A stretch of 32,000 bases of DNA from Candidatus Electronema halotolerans. GTDB taxonomy: Bacteria > Desulfobacterota > Desulfobulbia > Desulfobulbales > Desulfobulbaceae. Location: contig OW818675.1 in assembly GCA_942493095.1 (NCBI GenBank), forward strand, positions 3,060,001 through 3,092,000. The letters run 5' to 3'. This document shows positions 24,445 to 32,000 of the stretch, one piece after another. The notes below the pieces were generated by a model that made no database searches, had not been told where the DNA came from, and saw nothing but the letters and a program-made list of their open reading frames with translations. How positions within the stretch are numbered: the stretch's first letter is position 1; each line of letters starts with the position of its first letter. The position numbers and the translations under genes are program-made.

Positions 24445-26037
24445 TCAGGAGAACTGCATCAAGACAAGGTTGAGCAGGCCGATCAGGAAGCCGAGGAGCG
24501 CGCCGAAGAGGTTGATGTACTTGAACTGCTCCTCCATGATCGAGAGCAGCAGGCGTTCCAAGCGCAGCAGGTCGAGCGAATCAACCTTGTTCCTGACTAA
24601 TTCCTGAATGCGGAGCGATTCGGTCAGGCCCGGCACTTCGCGGACCAGCAGGCGGTTGGCGGTCAGGACTAGATAGTCAGTGATGCCGCCGCGCACGTCC
24701 GCTGGCAGCAGGTCATGCAGCATTCCGGCAGGCCGGGTGGCGAGCTGATCAAGCAGGGTGTTGATCAGTTTGCCGATGAGCTGGTGCAGCGGCGCAGAGC
24801 CGGTCAGGGCCAGCAGCTCATTCGTCAGCACCTGCTCCAGCTTCTGTCGGCCCTCTGGCAGCACTTTGTCGGCCAAGGCGGCGAGCGAGACCTGCCCATG
24901 CTCCAGCAGCTCCTCAATCTGCTCCCGCAGGGCGGCGGTGAGGGACTGCCGCATCTCCTGGTCAGCCAGAAAGGCCAGCAGGCGGGCGGCGGCCTGCTGA
25001 CAAAGCTGCTGCTGCTGTTCCGGCCCGATCTTGCCCAGCAGATCAGCCAGCCGGGTGGTGAAAAAGGCTTGCGCCTGCTGGCTCAGGGCTTGGGCAGTCC
25101 GCTCCTGAATCTCCGGCTGCCGCAGCCAGTCCTCCAGATCACCTTCCCGCTCGGCCAGCCACTTGTGGATGACCTCATCCAACGTCTCCATGTTGATGAA
25201 GCCTTTGGCCATAGCCGCCATTGGGCCGAGGCTGTCAATAAAATGATCAACCCCGTTCTTGATCGCTTGGGCAACTCGCTTCCGCACCGGTGCTTCGGCC
25301 AAAATGAGGGCGGCATGAGCGAGCATCTGCGGTGTCTGCTCGGCCACAACAGCGGAGAGCTGCTGCCGCAGTTCGGCAGGCAGGAAGTCGGCCAAGGTCT
25401 TGCCGGACACTGCCGCCTCTGTCAGGGACTGATCCAGCCAGCCGCCGAGCCGCTTTGCCGTGCTTGGCTCGTGCAGCAGCCCTTCAATCAGCTTGTCTAA
25501 CAGGACATACAGGCCCTGCCGGTCTTCAGCCCGGAGCAGCTCGTTGAGCGAACGGCTGGCAAGCTGCTCGTGCAGCAGGCTGCTGGCTGCTCCGGCAAAG
25601 GTGGGCGAGCCAAGATAGGCCACGACATCGTGGCGCAGCCGGTGCTTGAGGGCACGCAGGCCGATTCTGGCATGGACCCGGAAACGCTGCGGCACCAGAT
25701 TGAGCAGCGGGCCAAGGTCGCGGCTGAGAAGGTCCTGCACCCGGTTGCTGATGATCCGGCGCAGGTGCTCCTGAAAGCGTTCCGCAGACAGGGCCTCGCC
25801 AATATCCTGCGGCGTGAGGAGCTGGCCGCCGACCATAGCTCCGATGTTTTCAGCCAGCTCATGACGTTTTGCAGGGATGATGCCTGGGGTGAGCGGCACT
25901 CGCAGGCCAAAGACATGCCACGGCTTCAGGGGTCGGAAGAGCATTTTGATGGCCACCTTGTTGGTCAGGTAGCCGATGAAGGCACCGATCAGGGGCGGGC
26001 CGCTATAGGTGAGCAGTTCGGCTGGGGAAAACAACAT
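24445..26037 (-). CDS. DUF445 family membrane protein
   Basis: The N-terminus PLIGAFIGYLTNKVAIKMLFRPLKPW...TPGIIP and the C-terminus EEQFKYINLFGALLGFLIGLLN match the DUF445 termini as I recall them. The middle is a long helical region. Confidence 0.8.
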   Translation of the reverse strand: MLFSPAELLTYSGPPLIGAFIGYLTNKVAIKMLFRPLKPWHVFGLRVPLTPGIIPAKRHELAENIGAMVGGQLLTPQDIGEALSAERFQEHLRRIISNRVQDLLSRDLGPLLNLVPQRFRVHARIGLRALKHRLRHDVVAYLGSPTFAGAASSLLHEQLASRSLNELLRAEDRQGLYVLLDKLIEGLLHEPSTAKRLGGWLDQSLTEAAVSGKTLADFLPAELRQQLSAVVAEQTPQMLAHAALILAEAPVRKRVAQAIKNGVDHFIDSLGPMAAMAKGFINMETLDEVIHKWLAEREGDLEDWLRQPEIQERTAQALSQQAQAFFTTRLADLLGKIGPEQQQQLCQQAAARLLAFLADQEMRQSLTAALREQIEELLEHGQVSLAALADKVLPEGRQKLEQVLTNELLALTGSAPLHQLIGKLINTLLDQLATRPAGMLHDLLPADVRGGITDYLVLTANRLLVREVPGLTESLRIQELVRNKVDSLDLLRLERLLLSIMEEQFKYINLFGALLGFLIGLLNLVLMQFS

Positions 26038-26234
26038 GATGCTCCTGCTGAAGTGTGAATGTTCCGGCAGAGGACAGATTGCAAATCAGCCCCGCCGCCA
26101 TCGCCTTGGCCTCTTCCTGAATCTGCATGAGCGACATACGGTGATCGCTTACCAAAGGGCCAAGCTGCTCAGGCGGGGCTGCGGCAAGCTTTGACGCAGC
26201 CCTGCGCTTGGGAGACAGGGCCGCGTCCTTTGGC

Positions 26235-27293
26235 TCAGAGCTTGCTGTCTGCCGCCATCTGCATGAAGGTTTTGTCAAAGCGGAGCTTGACATTGTTTTT
26301 GTCGCCCATGACTGAGCCGTCCGGGAAGGCGATGCCGACCAAGTCCTTGCTCGGCGCGCCGTCGCCGTAGAGACCGTGGTCAAAGCTGAAGCTGCGGACA
26401 TATTCCATAGTCTTTTTCACCTGATCATTCTGGGCAAAGGCAGCCGCCTCAGCAGGCGCATAGAACATCTTGGTGGCCTTGAGCTGGGACTTGAACTCGG
26501 CCAAGGTGCCGCCTGCCGACTTGGCCATCACCTCCAGAGCCTCCTTGCTCTTCTCCGGGCTGCTCATGATGCTCATGACCTCATACCACGCCCCTGTGAG
26601 CGCCTTCTTCAGGGCCTCCGGGGCATCGCTTCTGATCACCAGACAGTCAATGATCTCGCCGGGAATATTGGAGGAGTCAAAGATCAGGTTTGCGCCTTTG
26701 ACATTGCGCACCTGCATCAGGAGCGGATTCCATGTTGTCACCGCCGCTTTGGGGTTTTTAGTCGCCTCAGAGACAAAGAGCGAGGCAATGTCCGCGTCGC
26801 TGGTGTTGACCAAGCTCAGGTCCCGTTCTGTCATGCCATTCATGGCCAAGGCGCGGGCCAGCAGGTAGTGGGAGACTGAAAGCTGGACCAACCGCATCTT
26901 GCGTCCGGCCAAGTCCTTGACTGCGCTGGCGTTCATGGCCACGATGCCGTCATTGCCGTTGGAGAAGTCGCCGATGATCAGGGCCGTGGAATCCACTCCG
27001 CCGACAGCCGGAATGGTGAGCGCGTCCATGTTGGTCATCACGCAGCCGTCAAACTGACCGGCAGTGTACATGTTGATGCTTTCCACGTAGTCGTTGACTA
27101 AGACTATCTCCACCTTGTCCAAGCCTTCCTTCTTGGCCCACTTGTCCATGATGCCGGACTCCTGAATGTAGGCCCACGGCTCCCAGCCGGTGTAGTGCGA
27201 CCAAGCGATGCGGTAGGAGCCGCCTGCCAGAGCTTGGCCGGCAAGCAGCAGGAATGCAGCGAGTGCGGTCAGCAGAGTGATGCCTTTCTTCAT
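26235..27293 (-). CDS. Periplasmic substrate-binding protein, NMT1/THI5-like (nitrate/sulfonate/bicarbonate-type; resembles the 'urea-carboxylase-associated' ABC binding-protein subgroup)
   Basis: Signal peptide MKKGITLLTALAAFLLLAGQALA. The core is YRIAWSHYTGWEPW...NDYVESINMYTAGQFDGCVMTNMDALTIPAVGGVDSTALIIGDFSNGNDGIV. A GGAGAA RBS is present. Confidence 0.75.
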   Translation of the reverse strand: MKKGITLLTALAAFLLLAGQALAGGSYRIAWSHYTGWEPWAYIQESGIMDKWAKKEGLDKVEIVLVNDYVESINMYTAGQFDGCVMTNMDALTIPAVGGVDSTALIIGDFSNGNDGIVAMNASAVKDLAGRKMRLVQLSVSHYLLARALAMNGMTERDLSLVNTSDADIASLFVSEATKNPKAAVTTWNPLLMQVRNVKGANLIFDSSNIPGEIIDCLVIRSDAPEALKKALTGAWYEVMSIMSSPEKSKEALEVMAKSAGGTLAEFKSQLKATKMFYAPAEAAAFAQNDQVKKTMEYVRSFSFDHGLYGDGAPSKDLVGIAFPDGSVMGDKNNVKLRFDKTFMQMAADSKL

Positions 27294-27305
27294 ACTTTGT
27301 TCTCC

Positions 27306-28514
27306 TTATTCGATGTCAAGATACATGGCTGGGCTGGCCTGATTGCCCTGCTCCAGCTTCCTGATTGCGTCTTCGGTGGTGTTGGTCAGCTTGTCCATTT
27401 CCAAGACATTGCGGGCCATCTGGGGCAGGGCCTCCTGCCGGAAGCGGGCAATGTCGTTCAGCGCGGCATGGATGTCAGTAAAAGCCTGCTTGAGCACTTG
27501 GATGTCAAGCTGACTGGTGGCAGCCTGCTTATGAATCTCGGTGCCCTGCTCCTTGAGCTTGCGGGCGGTTTCGCCGATCAGCTTGTTGGTGGTTTTATTG
27601 ACCGCTTCAATCTTCTTCAGGACAATGCGCTGATTGGCCAGAGCCAGAGCCACTGTCACGGCCACATTGAGGGCATTGATGGTCACATTCACAGCCCGGC
27701 TCACACCCCGGATCAGCTCTTTGTTGTTGCGGACTATGATTTCAATCGCCAAGACCGCCTGCTGGTTGACGGCCAGCTGCTGCTGCAAGTCCATGACCCG
27801 CTGCCGGAGCGGGAAGAGCAGCTCCTCTTTGATGAAATTGCTGCGCGGGTCGTCTGAGGGAAGCTCCTGCTCCACAACCTGATTGAGCTTCTCATCCACC
27901 AGCCTGCCCAGCTCAATTGACTTGCGCAGCTTGTGGGTGGCCAGACGGAGCTGCTTCTGGTCTTCAATCAGGGTGATATTGTCCCGCTTGAGGGTGTCGG
28001 CGCCGCCTTGGAGGGAGCGGAAAATCGCGTCAAGCACGGTCTGCGCGCTCTCGAACTGGAGAAAGTAGCGTTTGAGCGGGCTGCCGAGGCCGGGAATCAT
28101 GCCGAGCAGGCGGCCAAACCAGCCTGGCTCCAAGTCAAAGTTGCCCGGATCCAGCTCCTCCACCTTCACGTTCAGGTCAACCAAGGCATTGGCCACCGCG
28201 CCGCCGTCCTCGCCCTTCTGGGCCAGCTTGCGGATCGGCTCCTTGAGCATGGCGCTGCGCAGGGCCGAGTCCTTCTGGGCCTTGGCACCGAGATTGTCAA
28301 CTGCGGCAATGTTCTGCTGCCGGACTTCCACCTGCGAGTCATCTGCCGGGTTGAAGGACAGCACCTTGCTGACAAACTCAACCGCCATCTTTTCCAGCTC
28401 CGGGTCGCTTCCAGCACTGACCGGGGGCTGGGCCGGATCGACCAAGCCAAGCTCTTTGCTCAGTTGCTGCTCATCCACCTTGACCAAGGCGGCGCTCTGC
28501 ATCGTCTGCGTCAT
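27306..28514 (-). CDS. telA: TelA/KlaA-family toxic anion resistance protein
   Basis: 402 aa, all-helical, with TelA-like segments (LVDLNVKVEELDP, FESAQTVLDAIFRSLQGGADTLKRDNITL, LAVNQQAVLAIEIIVRNNKELIRGV). GGAGGA RBS. Confidence 0.8.
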   Translation of the reverse strand: MTQTMQSAALVKVDEQQLSKELGLVDPAQPPVSAGSDPELEKMAVEFVSKVLSFNPADDSQVEVRQQNIAAVDNLGAKAQKDSALRSAMLKEPIRKLAQKGEDGGAVANALVDLNVKVEELDPGNFDLEPGWFGRLLGMIPGLGSPLKRYFLQFESAQTVLDAIFRSLQGGADTLKRDNITLIEDQKQLRLATHKLRKSIELGRLVDEKLNQVVEQELPSDDPRSNFIKEELLFPLRQRVMDLQQQLAVNQQAVLAIEIIVRNNKELIRGVSRAVNVTINALNVAVTVALALANQRIVLKKIEAVNKTTNKLIGETARKLKEQGTEIHKQAATSQLDIQVLKQAFTDIHAALNDIARFRQEALPQMARNVLEMDKLTNTTEDAIRKLEQGNQASPAMYLDIE

Positions 28515-28568
28515 ATATTTTCCTCCTGATCTATGATTCAGACTGCGCGGCAGACCGCCCGCAGCCTC

Positions 28569-29444
28569 TTATGCGTACTGCTTGGCGCGGGCCGCCACCT
28601 GCTGAAGCTGGGCAATGGCGGTGTCAAAGTCGCCTTGGGCAAAAGCGGTGTTCGCAGACATGGCCGCCACTGAGGCCACGGTCTCTTCCAAGGCAGTCAT
28701 GGCCTCCTCATTGGCGGTGAGCAGCTCGTTGATCTGCTCCAGTTGCTTGGTGCGCAGCTGCCGCCGCCGGAGCAGGGTCTGCCGCTCCTTGCGGTCCGCC
28801 TCACTGCGCAACTGCTCCAGATTGGCCAGCCGCCGTTCAATGTAGTCCGCATCAATGCCGCCTGCGCTTTCCAGCAGGGAAACAATGCGCTGGAGATTGT
28901 CCAAGCTGCCAAGATAGACCTGCTCCGCCGCGCCAAGGAAGCGGCTGTAGGACAGCTCGCCCTGCTGGAACTTGGCTGCCAGGAGCGAGCGCAGCTTGTC
29001 AAATCTGAGCCGCATCCGCTCAAACTGCTCCAAGCCCTGCTCGGCATAGCTCTCTGCGCCGGGGATGTTCCGGCCTTGGGCAAGACCGCTGCGCAGGTGC
29101 TCCAGCATTTGCATTTTCTGGGCATTGGTTGCTTTGGTCAGTTCCCGCAGGTAGCGGGCGGAAAGGGCCTCAGACCGGAAAAAGATGTTGACCACCGCGC
29201 TGCCTGCGCCAAGGGCAAGGCCGCCGATCAGGCCGAGATACAGGGCTGGCGTATTGAAAAGATAGGCGGCAAAACCGAGCGGCAGAGCAAGGGCGGAAGG
29301 ATAAAGGGTCAGCCAGTGGGTCAGGCCCTGCTGCACAATGTGCCGCTGGATCGCCCCTTGGCTGAAGTCTTGAAGTTTGGGCGGGGAATGATGTGTCACC
29401 GGGACAAGGCGGAATGCGGCATCACGTTCTGCCCACGCCGACAT
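28569..29444 (-). CDS. Membrane/coiled-coil protein, XpaC-like (5-bromo-4-chloroindolyl phosphate hydrolysis protein family) candidate
   Basis: Two adjacent TM helices (LTLYPSALALPLGFAAYLF, LYLGLIGGLALGAGSAVVNIFF) followed by a long coiled coil. TelA-family and XpaC genes are neighbours in Bacillus (yaaN-xpaC). The family call is tentative. Confidence 0.45.
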   Translation of the reverse strand: MSAWAERDAAFRLVPVTHHSPPKLQDFSQGAIQRHIVQQGLTHWLTLYPSALALPLGFAAYLFNTPALYLGLIGGLALGAGSAVVNIFFRSEALSARYLRELTKATNAQKMQMLEHLRSGLAQGRNIPGAESYAEQGLEQFERMRLRFDKLRSLLAAKFQQGELSYSRFLGAAEQVYLGSLDNLQRIVSLLESAGGIDADYIERRLANLEQLRSEADRKERQTLLRRRQLRTKQLEQINELLTANEEAMTALEETVASVAAMSANTAFAQGDFDTAIAQLQQVAARAKQYA

Positions 29445-30732
29445 AGCGGAAGCCCTGCGCCTTCATTACCTCAGGATCATAGACATTGCGCAGGTCAATG
29501 AAGACCGGCTCGCGCATGATCTTTTTGAGCCGCTCCAGATCAAGGGCGCGGTACTGATTCCATTCGGTCATCAGCACCACTGCATCCGCGCCTTCGCAGG
29601 CTGTGTAGGCATTGTCCGCATACACAATGCCTTCAGGCAGATATTTCTTCGCCTCTTCCATACCCTTGGGATCATGAGCGCGGATGTTCGCCCCTTTCTC
29701 CAACAGGGCCGGGAGTATGGTGATGGCCGGAGCATCGCGCATGTCGTCGGTCTCCGGCTTGAAGGTCAGGCCAAGCACCGCAATGACCTTGCCATGTTCG
29801 CTGCCGCCGACCGCGTCTCTGATCTTCTTGACCATCCGGGCCTTCTGGGCCGAGTTGACCTCAACCGCCGCCTCGACAATCCGCAGGCTTTCCCCGTATT
29901 CCTGCACCAAGCGCATCAGGGCCAAGGTGTCCTTTGGGAAGCAGGAGCCGCCATAGCCAGGGCCAGGATGGAGGAATTTGCTGCCAATCCTGCCGTCCAT
30001 GCCAATGCCTTTGGCCAAGGCGGCAACATCTGCGCCGACCGCCTCGCACACGGCAGCAATCTCGTTGATGAAGCTGATCTTCACGGCCAAGAAGGCATTG
30101 GCCGCATACTTGGTCAGCTCGGCTGTTTCAACAGAGGTGCTGACAACCGGGGTTTCCCGCAGATAGAGCGGTTTGTAAATCTCCCGCAGCACTTGCTCTG
30201 ACCGCTCTGACTCCACGCCGATCACCACCCGGTCTGGGCGCATGAAATCAGCAATGGCCGCGCCTTCACGGAGAAATTCAGGATTGGAGGCCACGTCAAA
30301 GTCCGCCTCTGGATTGGCCTCCCGGATGATTCGGGCCACCTGCCGGGCCGTGCCCACCGGCACCGTGCTTTTGTCAACAATCACCGTATAGCCGCGCAGG
30401 CTGGCCGCAATTTCCTTGGCTGCCGCATAGATGTAGCTCAGATCAGCGTAGCCGTCACCGCGCCGGGAGGAGGGTGTGCCCACCGCAATAAACACCGCCT
30501 CAGCCTCTGGCACCGCTTCCTCCAGCTTGGCCGTGAAACGGAGACGGCCCTCAGCGACATTTTTGGCCACCATGACATCTAAGCCCGGTTCATAGATCGG
30601 AATCTGCCCCTGCCGCAGCCGGTCGATCTTATCTTGGATTTTATCCACACAGACCACATCGTGGCCGAATTCAGCAAAACAGGTGCCAGTGACAAGGCCG
30701 ACGTAGCCAGTGCCGATCATTGCTATTTTCAT
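29422..30732 (-). CDS. ugd: UDP-glucose 6-dehydrogenase
   Basis: MKIAMIGTGYVGLVTGTCFAEFGHDVVCVDK (Rossmann), GGSCFPKD (catalytic Cys) and the C-terminal UDP-binding region. 436 aa. Confidence 0.92.
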   Translation of the reverse strand: MKIAMIGTGYVGLVTGTCFAEFGHDVVCVDKIQDKIDRLRQGQIPIYEPGLDVMVAKNVAEGRLRFTAKLEEAVPEAEAVFIAVGTPSSRRGDGYADLSYIYAAAKEIAASLRGYTVIVDKSTVPVGTARQVARIIREANPEADFDVASNPEFLREGAAIADFMRPDRVVIGVESERSEQVLREIYKPLYLRETPVVSTSVETAELTKYAANAFLAVKISFINEIAAVCEAVGADVAALAKGIGMDGRIGSKFLHPGPGYGGSCFPKDTLALMRLVQEYGESLRIVEAAVEVNSAQKARMVKKIRDAVGGSEHGKVIAVLGLTFKPETDDMRDAPAITILPALLEKGANIRAHDPKGMEEAKKYLPEGIVYADNAYTACEGADAVVLMTEWNQYRALDLERLKKIMREPVFIDLRNVYDPEVMKAQGFRYVGVGRT

Positions 30733-30828
30733 CTATACCCTTCCTTTCTTCAGAAGTCTTTTTCACAGTTCAGGAAACACATTCTTCTACCTGAGAATGC
30801 TGATGCCGCACCAGTGCTGACAATTCCA

Positions 30829-30857
30829 TTGACACAGCCGTAATCGTGTCTTAATCT
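30829..30857 (+). promoter_or_regulatory. Candidate sigma70-like promoter (TTGACA-17 nt-TAATCT) for the metal-dependent hydrolase gene
   Basis: TTGACA at 30829-30834 and TAATCT at 30852-30857 with a 17-nt spacer, about 115 nt upstream of ATG 30974. A perfect TATAAT at 30963-30968 (5 nt before the ATG, no -35) is an alternative leaderless-type signal. Confidence 0.3.
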
Positions 30858-30973
30858 GCCCGAATAGAGAAGCAGCCTTCCTCTTGTTTTCCCGTTTCAC
30901 AAGAGAATCAGCATGAGCACGAGACAATGGCGGTCTCAAGCGCAGCAGGCCGCAATACGCAATATAATTGATT

Positions 30974-31804
30974 ATGCCTGACATAACACCAAGACTGCCT
31001 GCGACAGATTGGAGCAGCGGAATGCGGCGGCACTGGCTGAACAACGACCCGTCAGCCACCCATGTATTCAACGCCTGCTCGCTGATGGTTCCTCAGGCGG
31101 AGCGTTTCTTTATCAACGCAGTCCGCAACATGATGCAGATGCAATGCGCAAACCAGCTCCCGGCGGACTTGAACCGCTCAGTCAAGGATTTTCTCGCCCA
31201 AGAGGCCGTCCATACCAGCCAGCATCGTCAGTGCAATGCCATTCTGGAATCCTTTGGCTGGACAAGCCGCGCCCAGCAGGCAGCAAACTGGTTTGCGAAT
31301 CAGGCGCAGCAACGCATTTCACCGCTGAATCAGCTGGCCTTGGTCTGCGGCTGCGAGCACTGGACAGCAGTCATCGGCCTGCACCTGCTGGAAAAACCGC
31401 AGATTCTGGCTGCTGCTGACAGCGGCGTGGCTCTGCTCTGGAGCTGGCACGCAGCTGAGGAAATTGAGCACAGAGCCGTCTGCTTTGATCTGTATTTGGC
31501 AGTCGGCGGCGGATGGTTGCGGCGGGTTCTCGCCCTGCCGCTGGTAACTGCTGTCTGCGCTGTCATCTATTTTTGGCTGCTTTTTTCCCTGCTGCGGCAG
31601 GATGGCTGCCTGCGTCCCAGCAGACTCATGGCCACGCTGCGCAGCCTGTTCCGTTTTTTTTTCGGCCAAGCTGGCATGGCTTGGGCAGTCTTGCGCTCCG
31701 GCCTGGCGTGGCTGCGCCCCAGCTTTCATCCAGGCTGCGAGGAGCGCATACCGGTGCTGGAACAGTGGATAAACCAGCATCAGGACCAATTTCGCGGAGT
31801 TTAA
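30974..31804 (+). CDS. Predicted metal-dependent hydrolase (Metal_hydrol/DUF2342-unrelated, 'putative metal-dependent hydrolase' family)
   Basis: ATG 30974 is preferred over the track's TTG at 30968. His/Glu-rich motifs are FLAQEAVHTSQH, CGCEHWTAV and WHAAEEIEHRAVCFDLY, followed by a hydrophobic C-terminal part. Confidence 0.65.
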   Translation: MPDITPRLPATDWSSGMRRHWLNNDPSATHVFNACSLMVPQAERFFINAVRNMMQMQCANQLPADLNRSVKDFLAQEAVHTSQHRQCNAILESFGWTSRAQQAANWFANQAQQRISPLNQLALVCGCEHWTAVIGLHLLEKPQILAAADSGVALLWSWHAAEEIEHRAVCFDLYLAVGGGWLRRVLALPLVTAVCAVIYFWLLFSLLRQDGCLRPSRLMATLRSLFRFFFGQAGMAWAVLRSGLAWLRPSFHPGCEERIPVLEQWINQHQDQFRGV

Positions 31805-31830
31805 GAAACTGCGCAGGCTGCTGACCTGAG

Positions 31831-32000
31831 TCAGCTTCTTTCCCCAAAAATCGCCGTGCCGATGCGGATCATGGTTGCCCCTTCCTCAACAGCGACGACA
31901 AAATCTCCAGACAAGCCCATTGACAACTCCACTGCGCTGTTGTCATAAAACAGCTCCTCTTCGGCCAACTGCACGGAAAGCTGCTTCACGGTGCGGAACC
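31831..32000 (-). CDS. yggS: YggS-family pyridoxal-phosphate homeostasis protein, C-terminal part (5' end outside the window)
   Basis: Own translation: ...VELSMGLSGDFVVAVEEGATMIRIGTAIFGERS* matches the conserved YggS C-terminus (LSMGMS.D...A...G.T.VRIG.AIFG). Confidence 0.75.
   Translation of the reverse strand, partial: FRTVKQLSVQLAEEELFYDNSAVELSMGLSGDFVVAVEEGATMIRIGTAIFGERS

Noticed and set aside
26038-26234. 197-bp gap between DUF445 and the binding-protein gene, with a possible 44-codon minus-strand ORF (MSLMQIQEEAKAMAAG...) and a 61-aa plus-strand ORF.
   Set aside because: Neither has a convincing RBS. The minus-strand ORF runs into the DUF445 start, and neither shows motifs. I also found no clear terminator or promoter in the gap.
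30963-30968. Perfect TATAAT 5 nt upstream of ATG 30974, suggesting a leaderless mRNA.
   Set aside because: There is no -35 or extended -10 at the right spacing. I kept it only as an alternative note under the promoter feature.
30913-30981. 22-codon uORF (MSTRQWRSQAQQAAIRNIIDYA*) overlapping the start of the metal-hydrolase gene by 8 nt.
   Set aside because: It has only a weak purine-rich patch as RBS, and conservation cannot be tested here. It could be a leader peptide but is not supportable from sequence alone.
31811-31846. Short hairpin gctgac-ctga-gtcagc between the convergent hydrolase and yggS genes, as a possible terminator.
   Set aside because: The stem is only 6 bp, there is no flanking U-tract on either strand, and it overlaps the yggS stop codon. 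That is too weak to call.

Overview
High-GC (about 60% by eye) bacterial chromosomal window with about 30 protein-coding genes, most on the minus strand. I saw no rRNA, tRNA, CRISPR array, integrase or transposase. All family names come from motif recognition in the translations; no searches were run.

Layout:
- 1-2.7 kb: solute:sodium symporter large and small subunits, a DnaQ-like exonuclease and an HU-like DNA-binding gene.
- 3.0-5.0 kb: membrane-anchored TPR protein built from about ten 120-bp repeats.
- 5.0-12.7 kb: DAACS transporter, a 1430-aa double BadF/BcrA-type activase fused to a dehydratase-like region, and a divergent hydantoinase-family gene.
- 12.8-17.5 kb: secreted repeat protein with an OMP-like C-terminus, BI-1/YccA, a CooC-type ATPase and a transglutaminase-like protein.
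- 17.7-24.4 kb: accessory patch.
- 24.4-32 kb: DUF445, orphan NMT1-like binding protein, TelA, XpaC-like protein, Ugd, metal-dependent hydrolase and a partial YggS.

The accessory patch holds three same-strand type II TA-like cassettes (one PIN gene frameshifted), a DNA-methylase tail remnant and a 154-bp element of 23-bp tandem repeats bounded by inverted repeats. It ends with a translationally coupled pair: a 140-aa protein with a hydrophobic C-terminus and a 1276-aa CHAT-NB-ARC(STAND)-TPR protein.

That pair is the best candidate for an undescribed system. It has NLR/caspase-like defence architecture, but a small unrecognised membrane protein sits where such operons usually carry a gasdermin-type effector. 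The sensor half of the STAND gene is compositionally foreign, and a displaced copy of the gene's 3' end lies downstream.
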